Source of the DNA: an uncultured Ignavibacteriales bacterium
GTDB taxonomy: Bacteria; Zixibacteria; MSB-5A5; GN15; FEB-12
Length of the DNA stretch: 64,000 nt
Assembly (NCBI GenBank): GCA_964520865.1
Contig: CAZFOY010000007.1
Location: 17,494-81,493 of the forward strand
Direction: 5' to 3'
A program made the translations under genes and the position numbers. Under the pieces are notes generated by a model. It had not been told where the DNA came from. It searched no databases and saw only the letters and a program-made list of their open reading frames with translations. Below, piece by piece: positions 36,481 to 45,397 of this stretch. How positions within the stretch are numbered: the first letter of the stretch is position 1; each line of letters begins with the position of its first letter.

Positions 36481-37025
36481 GAGTCGTCTCCTATGTGGGT
36501 TATCAAGAAGCAATACGTATGAAAGCGTATAGTCAACCAGTGTTTTATGTTTTTCGGTACTTTTATGTTGTTGAAATCTTATTTCCTTGCCGCAGGTCGA
36601 TTTCCTGAGTCTCTTGGAGGATCGTCCATTCAGGAAGAGAATGCCCGAATTCTGTGCCTTATGAATAAACCGCATCAATGTTATCCTGTTTAATCGTATT
36701 GTAAGTAATTGATAGTCAATCGCTCTCTGTGTCACGTTCGGATTTTCGGCGCAGAATCCTGCGTTTTGTGACATACAATTGTTGCAGATTCGGGGTAATT
36801 TTCGTACATTGAGTGTGTAAGGGCTCTGCTCACACCTACTAAGCTTCTGCCAACCCTGGCATACGGCTGCTACGAAATCCGGACGCTTGCGCCCTAACAA
36901 GCTACCTGGAAAGAACGGTTCGCGCTCGACACCCTGCTAAATCGCCTTTGGGCTGATTACCCGAGCGTCTTGGTCTGCTTGACAGACCATCCGGACAGAG
37001 CCCCATCTTGAGAAAGGAGAACATT

Positions 37026-38210
37026 ATGGATGTCAGAGAGCCGACGAATGCCGCTCAGTCCAGGCGCCGAGCCCGATTCGTCCTCAACCTCGACAAGGTG
37101 CCGAATCTGTCCGAGAACGAAAGGACTCGTCTCAAGGAAGTAGTCAAGACATACGCTTTCAGAGCCAATGATTATTACCTCGGGTTGATCGATTGGAACG
37201 ACCCGAAAGATCCGATCCGTCAGTTGGTCATCCCTCACGAACGTGAATTGCAGGAGTTCGGAAAACTGGATGCTTCCAACGAAGGGGCGATCACCGTGAG
37301 GAAGGGAGTCCAGCATAAGTATTCTTCGACCACGCTACTGTTAGTGAACGAAGTCTGTGCGTCCTTCTGCCGCTACTGTTTCCGCAAGCGGCTCTTCATG
37401 AATGGAAACGACGAAGTTACCTACGATATCGAACCGGGCCTTGAGTATATCCGGAATCACCCCGAAGTCAACAACGTGTTGCTGACTGGAGGCGACCCGA
37501 TGATTCTCAAGACGCCGAAGCTTGAAAAGATTCTGGCCGACCTGCGCGAGATCGATCATGTGCGGATAATTCGGATCGGATCAAAGATGCCGGCGTTTAA
37601 TCCGTTCCGGTTTATCAACGATTCCGAGCTGATGGACGTCTTCCGCAAATACTCGTTGTCGGACCGTCGGATTTACATGATGTGTCATTTTGACCATCCC
37701 CGTGAATTGACCGACCAGTCGCGCGAGGCGATCAGGCTGCTGATAGACGCGGGTGTCATCTGCGTGAACCAGAATCCGATTATTCGGGGGATCTCGGACG
37801 ATCCAGAGGTGATGTCGACTCTCTGGAATGAGTTGTCGTATATGGGCGTGCAGCAGTACTACATCTTCCAGTGCCGTCCCACGGCCGGCAACGAACCGTA
37901 TGCGCTGCCGATAGTGGAGGCATACCACAAGATCGAAGAAGCCAAGAAGAAGTGCTCAGGTCTGGGTAAGCGATTGAAATTTGCCATGTCGCACGAGTCG
38001 GGGAAGATCGAGATTACCGGCGTGGATCATCGGCATATTTACCTGAAGTATCATCGGGCGAAACATCAGAAAGACGAGCAGAGGATGATCGTCTGTCATC
38101 GTGACGACCGAGCCGGGTGGCTGGATCAGCTTAAGCCGGTCGACGGCTACCGGAACGAGTTTTACGAGAAAGGTCTCCCGCACACCAACTATTTCACTTC
38201 GCCCAATTAG
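37026..38210 (+). CDS. KamA-family radical SAM aminomutase (substrate probably not lysine)
   Basis: CASFCRYCFRKR radical-SAM CxxxCxxC motif. YYLGLIDWNDPKDPIRQLVIP and GGDPM motifs parallel lysine 2,3-aminomutase. A candidate PLP lysine sits in SHESGK. Start at ATG 37026, behind GAAAGGAGA. Confidence 0.85.
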   Translation: MDVREPTNAAQSRRRARFVLNLDKVPNLSENERTRLKEVVKTYAFRANDYYLGLIDWNDPKDPIRQLVIPHERELQEFGKLDASNEGAITVRKGVQHKYSSTTLLLVNEVCASFCRYCFRKRLFMNGNDEVTYDIEPGLEYIRNHPEVNNVLLTGGDPMILKTPKLEKILADLREIDHVRIIRIGSKMPAFNPFRFINDSELMDVFRKYSLSDRRIYMMCHFDHPRELTDQSREAIRLLIDAGVICVNQNPIIRGISDDPEVMSTLWNELSYMGVQQYYIFQCRPTAGNEPYALPIVEAYHKIEEAKKKCSGLGKRLKFAMSHESGKIEITGVDHRHIYLKYHRAKHQKDEQRMIVCHRDDRAGWLDQLKPVDGYRNEFYEKGLPHTNYFTSPN

Positions 38211-38235
38211 CGGCTGGACCAGTAGAATCCGAAAG

Positions 38236-38267
38236 AGCCGGACGGATCTGAGATCGTCCGGCTTTTT
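38236..38267. terminator. Terminator hairpin between the convergent kamA-like and DinB-like genes
   Basis: AGCCGGACG (38236-38244) pairs with CGTCCGGCT (38255-38263), followed by T5. Confidence 0.6.
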
Positions 38268-38801
38268 CTATTGGAATTTCTCGTTCATCTCGGCATTGAA
38301 GTCGGCTGACTTGTTTCTTGCGACCGAGAGTGTTCTCCATTCCGATCCGACCAGGTGTTTGGCCAGGAAGACGATTTGACCGACATGGTAGGCGTTGTGG
38401 GAGAGCTGGCGATTGAGGGCGGCAATTACCGAGTACGGCTCGCTTCGAATCGTGATCGTGCGCTGAAGATCTTCCGGCTTGAGGCTGTTCATGGTGTCGA
38501 ACACGAGCTGCCAGTTCGCTTCCCACCGGTTCAGAATTGTATCCCTGGTTTCCTGGTCGGCCAGTTCGAACTCCGAATCCCGGTTGCGGTCCGGCTTCTC
38601 ACCATCGGAATCGAGGAAATTAGTCCAGCGGGAGCGGAGATTGCCGGCGATATGTTTTACGATCACGGCGATGCTGTTTGATTCAGCGTCGAGGGCGGTG
38701 AAGAACTGGCCGCTGTCTACCTGACGGATGGCGTCATCGGCCAGTTTCTTCAGCCTGGTCAGTTCCCGGAGCGCTATCTCAACGTAATTAGTTGTTTCCA
38801 T
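38268..38801 (-). CDS. DinB/DUF1572-family protein
   Basis: 177 aa, helical. The HIAGNLRSRW and HNAYHVGQIVFLAKH motifs are typical of the DinB superfamily. Confidence 0.7.
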   Translation of the reverse strand: METTNYVEIALRELTRLKKLADDAIRQVDSGQFFTALDAESNSIAVIVKHIAGNLRSRWTNFLDSDGEKPDRNRDSEFELADQETRDTILNRWEANWQLVFDTMNSLKPEDLQRTITIRSEPYSVIAALNRQLSHNAYHVGQIVFLAKHLVGSEWRTLSVARNKSADFNAEMNEKFQ

Positions 38802-38859
38802 AAGTCTCGATTCCTGACGCGGCGAAGAAGCAGGCTTCGCCGCAGTCTTATGTTCGAAT

Positions 38860-39624
38860 TCAGTCGGTTTTCTTATTCAGAACGGCGGCGGATGCCTGGG
38901 CAGTCGGAAAGATGATGACTTCGGCAATCTGAACATGCTCCGGTCGTTCGGCGATCCAGGCGACCGTTTCCGCGATATCTTCACCTCTGAGAGGCTGATA
39001 GCCCTTGTAGACGGAGTCGGCCCGGGCGTTATCGCCGTAGAAACGAACCTGGGAGAACTCGGTTTCGACCAGCCCCGGGTCTACCGTTGAGACCCTGATA
39101 GGAACATCGTTCAAGTCCAGGCGCATTCCTTTGGTGATCGCATCGACCGCATGCTTCGTGGCACAATAGACATTACCGCGCGGATAAACTTCGTGCCCGG
39201 CGATCGAACCGATATTGATAACGTGCCCGTGACCTTGCTTGACCATCAGCGGAATAACCTGGCGGCTGACATACAGGAGTCCTTTCACATTCGTATCGAT
39301 CATCTCATCCCAGCCGTCCGGATTCCCTTCGTGCACTTTGTCGAGGCCGCGGCTGAGTCCGGCGTTGTTGACGAGCAGATCGATCTTTTTCCATTCCTCA
39401 GAGAGACCGCCGATCGCTTTCTCGACCTGCGCCCGATCGCGAACGTCGAGTTCCAGCAAGTGATACTTGACGTTGAGGCTGCCCGCCAGATCCTCGAGTT
39501 TCTCCAGGCGCCTTGCGGCCAGAATCAATCGGGAGCCGAGGTTGGCGAATTTCCGGGCACAGGCAGCGCCAATGCCGGACGAAGCTCCGGTGATGAGAAC
39601 AGTCTTATCCTTCATAGCTGACAT
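38860..39624 (-). CDS. Short-chain dehydrogenase/reductase (YdfG-like, NADP-dependent)
   Basis: TGASSGIGAA Rossmann motif, NNAG, and YCATKHA (Tyr-x3-Lys). Start set at ATG 39624, with GAAGGGA 7 nt upstream. Confidence 0.9.
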   Translation of the reverse strand: MSAMKDKTVLITGASSGIGAACARKFANLGSRLILAARRLEKLEDLAGSLNVKYHLLELDVRDRAQVEKAIGGLSEEWKKIDLLVNNAGLSRGLDKVHEGNPDGWDEMIDTNVKGLLYVSRQVIPLMVKQGHGHVINIGSIAGHEVYPRGNVYCATKHAVDAITKGMRLDLNDVPIRVSTVDPGLVETEFSQVRFYGDNARADSVYKGYQPLRGEDIAETVAWIAERPEHVQIAEVIIFPTAQASAAVLNKKTD

Positions 39625-40133
39625 ACAAATTCCCTTCAAAATCAGAATTTCCGTTAATCTAAGCCGTCGCCAGCACTACGTCAACGCGGCATTTGGCTAT
39701 AGCGAGATGTCTTGGATATTCGACATGTTAAAGTACGCTATAATACGTAATACTATACCTCGAAGGGAAGTCGAAGGGACCGCCGCCATCATGCGGAAGA
39801 CAGCCTGTCTGATCAGGGCCGGCATCCCAATTCCACACCGGATATGGGGGAATCTGTCCACCTGTTGAACAACTCCCACAGATTAAACAGATCAGAATAT
39901 ATCCGCGGTCCTTTTGCGAATCTATGCCATCACATAACATGTTGATAGGCAGGACGTTCTACAGCGCAAGAGCAATCTCTGAGCAGTCTTGGAGGCAGGC
40001 ACACAATGTGCAGTCATTCCGGGTGAGAAAACAGCGAAATGCGCTAATAGAATCACTGCCGAAGCCCGATAAAATATATGGCTCACCGGCCATATCCTTC
40101 GGGTGAGGAGCAATGCTTCGGAGGATACTCAGG

Positions 40134-40283
40134 ATGGCTACAGCAAAGAAGAAACGGTCTGTGCCCCCCGGTTTGCCGCACAAGACGTACTGGCACCTGT
40201 ACAGCTTGCAGAACATGGAATCCGAGAAGTTGGCCAGGATCGTGAATAAGATATTGAAACGCGAATACGTTTTGATAAAATAA
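40134..40283 (+). CDS. Candidate small basic protein (49 aa), below the ORF-track length cut-off
   Basis: ATG 40134 is preceded by GGAGGA with an 8-nt spacer. The translation is MATAKKKRSVPPGLPHKTYWHLYSLQNMESEKLARIVNKILKREYVLIK. The TAA at 40281 is followed by the hairpin CTGTCAA-N8-TTGACAG. I recognise no family. Confidence 0.3.
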   Translation: MATAKKKRSVPPGLPHKTYWHLYSLQNMESEKLARIVNKILKREYVLIK

Positions 40284-40414
40284 CTGTCAAATTTAAGCTT
40301 GACAGGGTATATGACGGGAGATAACTTCAGGGCTTGTTGCGAGGAGACCCATAGCGAGTGCTTTTTTTGAGGAACTTCGCACACTTCCACGTATTATAGA
40401 ATATCACAGGAGTT

Positions 40415-41329
40415 TTGTTAAAGAAGAAGCTGACATTTCTGTTTATTCCCGGTTCTGAAGGGATTTCTAAGCAGCTGAGCATATCGGTGGCGCTGATCTA
40501 CGGCGTTGCCACAGCTGTCGCGGTGTTGCTCATTGCAAGCTTCTTCCTGTCCGCACAGTTCTTCTCAGACCGCGTCAATACTTCCGAATTACAGCACCTC
40601 CGGACCGAAAACGCACAGCTCAAGGACAAATTCGAGCAAATGCGCTGGAATCTGGCCGAAGTACAGGATCGGTATACCGACCTGGTCCAGAAGGAGATCA
40701 GGATTCGGACTATGTTTGACCTGCCTGAGATTAACACTGAGGAACGTCAGCTTGGTGTGGGTGGCCCGATTCCGAAGACGATGCTTCACCAGTCGCCGAC
40801 TGAAAAAGTCGCGACTTCGACCGAGATGGAAGTCGACCGCCTGCTCAGACTGTCCCGCTACGAACTGCAGAAGTATGGTGAAGTCGAAGATGCGCTTAAG
40901 AATGTCAAGGACCGCCTTGAGCACACGCCGTCGATCTGGCCCACCCAGGGCTGGACGTCGCGCGGCTTCGGCATGAAGTTCGATCCGTTTACGGGGTACA
41001 AGCAGATGCACCGGGGAATCGATGTTGCCAATCGCACGGGAACACCGATTATCGCGCCGGCCGACGGTGTGGTTCAGGAGACACAGCATTCCAATTCAGG
41101 TATGGGCAACTGCATAATCATCAACCACGGTTACGGTTTCCAGACCAGATACGGTCACCTTTCGAAGATCGAAGTCAAGCGAGGACAGAAGGTCAAGCGC
41201 GGCGATGTGATCGGTTTGATGGGCTCGACCGGCTATTCCACCGGCCCGCACCTTCATTACGAGGTCATCCGCAACGGGCAATTCCTCAATCCGGTAAAGT
41301 ATATCCTCAACGGTCAAAGCGACTTATAG
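40415..41329 (+). CDS. M23/LytM-family metallopeptidase with an N-terminal TM helix and coiled coil
   Basis: HRGIDVA and GSTGYSTGPHLHYEV zinc-ligand motifs. TTG start as in the ORF track; there is no in-frame ATG upstream of the TM helix. Confidence 0.9.
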   Translation: MLKKKLTFLFIPGSEGISKQLSISVALIYGVATAVAVLLIASFFLSAQFFSDRVNTSELQHLRTENAQLKDKFEQMRWNLAEVQDRYTDLVQKEIRIRTMFDLPEINTEERQLGVGGPIPKTMLHQSPTEKVATSTEMEVDRLLRLSRYELQKYGEVEDALKNVKDRLEHTPSIWPTQGWTSRGFGMKFDPFTGYKQMHRGIDVANRTGTPIIAPADGVVQETQHSNSGMGNCIIINHGYGFQTRYGHLSKIEVKRGQKVKRGDVIGLMGSTGYSTGPHLHYEVIRNGQFLNPVKYILNGQSDL

Positions 41330-41356
41330 CAGGAATACGCCGTTTCCCCTGTCTGT

Positions 41357-41377
41357 CCGCCGGAAGGCGGTTTTTTT
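41357..41377 (+). terminator. Rho-independent terminator after the M23 peptidase gene
   Basis: CCGCC-GGAA-GGCGG, followed by T7. Confidence 0.7.
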
Positions 41378-41531
41378 GTGCTATTTCTCGAACAATCGGC
41401 CGGTATCTCCTCCGCCAGGCGGGAATAAAAGACTTGGTGAATCCGTTTTATCTAATTATTTTAGGGGTATCGAAGCGGAAAAGCGGTCGGAGGAACTCAG
41501 GCTCCGAGCGATTTGTTATCAAAGAATACAA

Positions 41532-42185
41532 ATGAAGTCAAAGACAATCAAAGACAGCGCCGTACCGAGTGATCTCAAACCGACCGGTGAATTGACCCTG
41601 GAAGAGATCGATGAAATCCAGGTCAAGGAGTTGATCCGGAATATCAAACACGGGAATCGTCATGCGTTCACCGAGTTGGTCGAGCGGTACCAGAATCAGG
41701 TCGCGTCCCTCGCCTACAAAATGGTGAACGACTACGACGAGGCGGCCGATATCACCCAGATCGTCTTCCTGAAGATGTCGAAGAACATCTGGCGGTACGA
41801 CGAGAACAAGAAATTCTATACCTGGCTGTACCGGATTACGATCAACGCGGCCATTGACTATATCCGCAAACATAAACGTCATCGCCATGAGTCGCTTGAG
41901 AATTTTCACGAGACGATAGAGAATCTGGAGGCTGGACCCGAATTCTCGCTCAGGTGCCGCCAGATCGACGGTTACATTTCGCAGGCGGCGAAATCGCTCA
42001 ACGATAAGCAGCGTTCGGCGTTTATTCTTCGCGATGTCGAGGGGTGCAAGATAGACGATGTGGCCAATATTATGGACATGCCTGAGGCTACCGTTCGCTG
42101 GTATCTCCATCGGGCCCGCAACAAGATCCGTCGCGAACTCGTCCGCAAATGTCCCCATTTGCTTCTGATGTTCGGTATCAAATAG
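41532..42185 (+). CDS. ECF-type RNA polymerase sigma factor
   Basis: 217 aa from ATG 41532. Region 2 reads DEAADITQIVFLKM and YTWLYRITINAAIDYIRK. The region 4 HTH reads IDDVANIMDMPEATVRWYLHRARNKIR. The ORF-track start at 41376 would begin at the end of the upstream terminator T-tract. Confidence 0.85.
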   Translation: MKSKTIKDSAVPSDLKPTGELTLEEIDEIQVKELIRNIKHGNRHAFTELVERYQNQVASLAYKMVNDYDEAADITQIVFLKMSKNIWRYDENKKFYTWLYRITINAAIDYIRKHKRHRHESLENFHETIENLEAGPEFSLRCRQIDGYISQAAKSLNDKQRSAFILRDVEGCKIDDVANIMDMPEATVRWYLHRARNKIRRELVRKCPHLLLMFGIK

Positions 42186-42231
42186 TCTTTTTTCATTCTC
42201 TCCTGAAACTCCCGATTGTATATTAATTGCT

Positions 42232-44451
42232 ATGGCAATGAATACGGAATTGTCTCTGAAAATCGGCGGCATGCATTGTGCGAGCTGCGTCAATACGATC
42301 GAGCGGACGCTCGGCGCCATGCCGGGCGTCAAAGACTGTCGCGTGAACCTTGCCATGAACTCAGCCGTGGTTTCGTTCGATCGCGGGAAAGCGAGTGAGC
42401 AGGGGATTATCGATAAAGTTGCTGAACTCGGCTTCAGCGCCTCGATCGGAACTCCTGACGTTCTGACCTCGAATGCCCGTGAGTTGCGGGCGGCCCGCAA
42501 CAGATTCATGATGGCGCTTTATGTCACCTTGCCGCTTATCGCCCTATCGCTTTTCTCGGCAATTTTCGAGCGATTCCTCGTCGGAAGAGTACCTGACAGC
42601 ATGATTCAGGGTGTTGTAGCGTCGGTCGTCCTTTTCTGGGCGGGCCGCGGGATTCTTCGCGACGCCCTCCTTCAGGCGAAGCACCTGCGGGCTAATATGA
42701 ACACGCTGATCGCTCTGGGCACAATCACAGCCTACAGTTGGAGCGTCTACGCGATTGTCCGCACAATTCTTGGGAAGCCGGAGCCGCTTTATTTCGATTC
42801 TTCGGCTATGATAATCACACTCATACTCCTCGGACGATTTCTGGAGGCACGATCAAAAGGAAAGGCTGGGGAAGCGATTCAGGCGCTGCTCAATCTTACT
42901 CCGGCGAAGGCCCTCGTTGCGATTAACGGAACAGAGCTGGAAATTGATGCCCAGACTGTCGCACCCGGAATGGAGCTTATCGTCCGGCCGGGTGAACGAC
43001 TTGCTGCCGACGGCACAATTGTGGAAGGGACGCCGGTTATCGATGAATCGATGTTGACGGGTGAGTCGGTGCCGGTTGAAAAGAAGATCGGTGATGTGGT
43101 TCTGGGAGGATCGCTGAACGGCAATAGTCCTTTTCGGGCGAAAATCACGGCTGCCGGCGACGCCAGTTTTCTGGCATCGATCATTCGGCTGGTGTCGGAA
43201 GCGCAGGGGAAGAAAGCCCCCGTCCAGAAACTGGCCGACATAGTAGCCTCGGTTTTTGTTCCTGCCGTGATGGGAATTGCGCTTCTCACACTGCTGATTT
43301 GGTATCTGGTCGCGCCGGGCAGTCCCATGTTGATCAAGAGTGTGATCTCCGTTCTCATCATTGCCTGTCCCTGTGCTCTCGGCCTGGCGACGCCAACGGC
43401 GATCCTTGCCGGAACCGGACGAGCGGCACGCGAAGGGATTATCATCCGGGGCGGCGACGTGTTGCAGCGGCTGAGTGAGATCGACACCGTGGTGTTCGAC
43501 AAGACCGGAACGATTACCCACGGAAGGATGCAGGTGGTAGGGGTCGAAGCATTTGCCGGAATGAACCCGAACAGCCTCGTTCGGCTGGTCGGCAGTGCCG
43601 AGATTCAGTCGGAGCACCCGCTCGCGAAGGCGATCGTTCGGTATATGAACGAACAGCAACTGGAGAAGACCGACGTGATCGATGTTGAAGCGCTTCCGGG
43701 GATCGGCTTGAGGGGGAAGCATGAGAATCGTGAGCTCCTGATTGGCAACGCCGCCCTGATGAAGAAGGAAAAAGTAGATTACGGCGCAGCTTCCGAGGCT
43801 TCCGATCGTGAGATGAAAAAGGGTCGAACGGTCATTTTTGCGTCACTCGACGGCCGAGTGGTCGGGATTCTCGCCTTAGCAGACGCGATTCGCAGCGAAG
43901 CAAAGGATGTCATTGCATCACTGAAGAACCGGACACGGCATATCACCATGCTTTCCGGGGACAATTATCGAACAGCCGGCGGGGTGGCGAAGGCGATCGG
44001 AATCGAGGCGTTCGAAGCAGAAGTCCAGCCATCGCAGAAACAGACGATCGTCGAGTCGCTCCGGAAAGCGGGCGGCCGGGTGGCGATGGTGGGAGACGGA
44101 ATCAACGACGCTCCGGCGTTGGCTGCCGCCGATGTCGGGATTGCGCTGGGAAGCGGGACCGATGTAGCCATGGAGGCAGCTGACGTGGTTCTGGTGCGCT
44201 CGGACATGCGGGCTGTTCTCAAGACCCTGAATGTTTCCCGCCAGACGATGCGGGTCATCCGCCAGAACCTCTTCTGGGCCTTCATCTACAATATCCTGGC
44301 TATACCGATTGCGGCCGGCCTGTTCTATCCGGCCTTCGGGTGGACTTTGTCGCCCATGGTGGCGGCCGGAGCGATGGCCTTTTCCTCCGCATTCGTCGTT
44401 TCGAACTCTCTACGGCTCAACCGACTTGATCTCAAGTTCGTTCAATCCTGA
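42232..44451 (+). CDS. copA: Copper-translocating P1B-type ATPase
   Basis: N-terminal HMA domain with GMHCASCV, a TM CPC motif (IIACPCALGLATP), DKTGTIT, SEHPLA and GDGINDAP. Confidence 0.95.
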   Translation: MAMNTELSLKIGGMHCASCVNTIERTLGAMPGVKDCRVNLAMNSAVVSFDRGKASEQGIIDKVAELGFSASIGTPDVLTSNARELRAARNRFMMALYVTLPLIALSLFSAIFERFLVGRVPDSMIQGVVASVVLFWAGRGILRDALLQAKHLRANMNTLIALGTITAYSWSVYAIVRTILGKPEPLYFDSSAMIITLILLGRFLEARSKGKAGEAIQALLNLTPAKALVAINGTELEIDAQTVAPGMELIVRPGERLAADGTIVEGTPVIDESMLTGESVPVEKKIGDVVLGGSLNGNSPFRAKITAAGDASFLASIIRLVSEAQGKKAPVQKLADIVASVFVPAVMGIALLTLLIWYLVAPGSPMLIKSVISVLIIACPCALGLATPTAILAGTGRAAREGIIIRGGDVLQRLSEIDTVVFDKTGTITHGRMQVVGVEAFAGMNPNSLVRLVGSAEIQSEHPLAKAIVRYMNEQQLEKTDVIDVEALPGIGLRGKHENRELLIGNAALMKKEKVDYGAASEASDREMKKGRTVIFASLDGRVVGILALADAIRSEAKDVIASLKNRTRHITMLSGDNYRTAGGVAKAIGIEAFEAEVQPSQKQTIVESLRKAGGRVAMVGDGINDAPALAAADVGIALGSGTDVAMEAADVVLVRSDMRAVLKTLNVSRQTMRVIRQNLFWAFIYNILAIPIAAGLFYPAFGWTLSPMVAAGAMAFSSAFVVSNSLRLNRLDLKFVQS

Positions 44452-44629
44452 GGCCGGCGGGTCGATTCTTCTATTCAGCTAAATCATTTCAGCGGTCGGA
44501 TTTGATCGCCCGACGCCGGAAAAGGCAAGTTATGTTTTGACCGGGTCGGCCGATATATAGGCAAAAAGGTATCTGTTCATAATGGGCTGTGAATCACTTG
44601 CAACCGAAGTAATGCTTCTCTGAGAATTT

Positions 44630-45397
44630 ATGACTACGATAAACAAAAGCGCGCTACCGGCCGATACCGAGCAGGAATTGAAAGTCCAGCAGGAAGGGGA
44701 TAGATGGCTGGAGATGTTCGCGCTCTTCGTGCACGACATCGAATCTCCTCTCGCCTCAGTCAAGTATCTGCTCAAACTGCTCGAAGACGGTAAGTACGAC
44801 CCGAATCGGCAGATCCATCAACGCCTCGTGTCATCATCGAAAGTAGCACTCACTCGGGCTGAGACGATTATTTACGATATCATGGCCGTGGCCAAGGCGG
44901 GTGGACGCGGGCTCCCGGTGTCACTGACTGAGCTCGATCCATATCCGTTGATCCAGGAGTCGATTCTGCTTATTCACGGGGCCGCCGCGGAACGGAATAT
45001 CCAGGTCAATCTGGCCAAGGTCCCGCATCGTTTTCAGGTCCACGCCGATCCAAGCCTGCTGAAACGGACTCTGGACAACCTGCTGTATAATGCCTTCCGG
45101 CATACGCCCGATGGTAGTGCGATCGACGTCTACGTATTCGAAGAGACCGAGTCTCTTTTTATCAATGTTAAGGACTCCGGTCCGGGGCTCGGTGATGTAG
45201 ACAGCGAGAAGCTTTTCGAAAAATACGGCCAACTTGAACTCCGGTCCGACGGAAAGCACCGCGGTGTGGGACTCGGACTGTACTTCTGCAAACTTGCCGC
45301 CACCGGTATGGGAGGAACGGTGATAGCCGATGATCATCCCGAGGGCGGGGCGGTATTCACACTCAGGCTCAGAAAAGCCGGGGGGAAATCCAAATGA
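44630..45397 (+). CDS. Minimal cytoplasmic histidine kinase (HisKA + HATPase, no sensor domain)
   Basis: H-box FVHDIESPLASV begins about 33 aa from the N-terminus. N-box LDNLLYNAFRHTP, G1 VKDSGPGLG, G2 GVGLGLYFC. No TM segment. Confidence 0.85.
   Translation: MTTINKSALPADTEQELKVQQEGDRWLEMFALFVHDIESPLASVKYLLKLLEDGKYDPNRQIHQRLVSSSKVALTRAETIIYDIMAVAKAGGRGLPVSLTELDPYPLIQESILLIHGAAAERNIQVNLAKVPHRFQVHADPSLLKRTLDNLLYNAFRHTPDGSAIDVYVFEETESLFINVKDSGPGLGDVDSEKLFEKYGQLELRSDGKHRGVGLGLYFCKLAATGMGGTVIADDHPEGGAVFTLRLRKAGGKSK

Noticed and set aside
36857-36872. Sigma-54 promoter-like TGGCAT-N5-TGCT upstream of the kamA-like gene.
   Set aside because: The GG-to-GC spacing is one nucleotide shorter than the strict -24/-12 geometry (TGGCAC-N5-TTGC). 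No enhancer-binding-protein gene is nearby.
36481-36900. The 140-codon N-terminal extension of the HTH-DUF2087 ORF (the 297-aa version in the ORF track).
   Set aside because: The extension is Cys/Arg/Gln-rich with no domain-like sequence. The internal ATG at 36480 has an AGGAGA RBS and starts exactly at the HTH domain.
39640-40390. ORFs of 60-143 aa in the SDR-M23 gap (39467-39868 +, 39728-39940 -, 39924-40106 +, 39959-40390 -).
   Set aside because: They have no RBS, Cys/Arg/Ser-rich non-protein-like translations, and overlap one another. Only the 49-codon ORF at 40134 has proper translation signals.
41532-42185. The ECF sigma as a CorE-type copper-sensing sigma.
   Set aside because: It has no Cys-rich C-terminal extension; the protein ends about 20 aa after the region 4 HTH with a single Cys (KCPH). 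Only the gene order with copA remains as evidence, and that is reported separately as a hypothesis.
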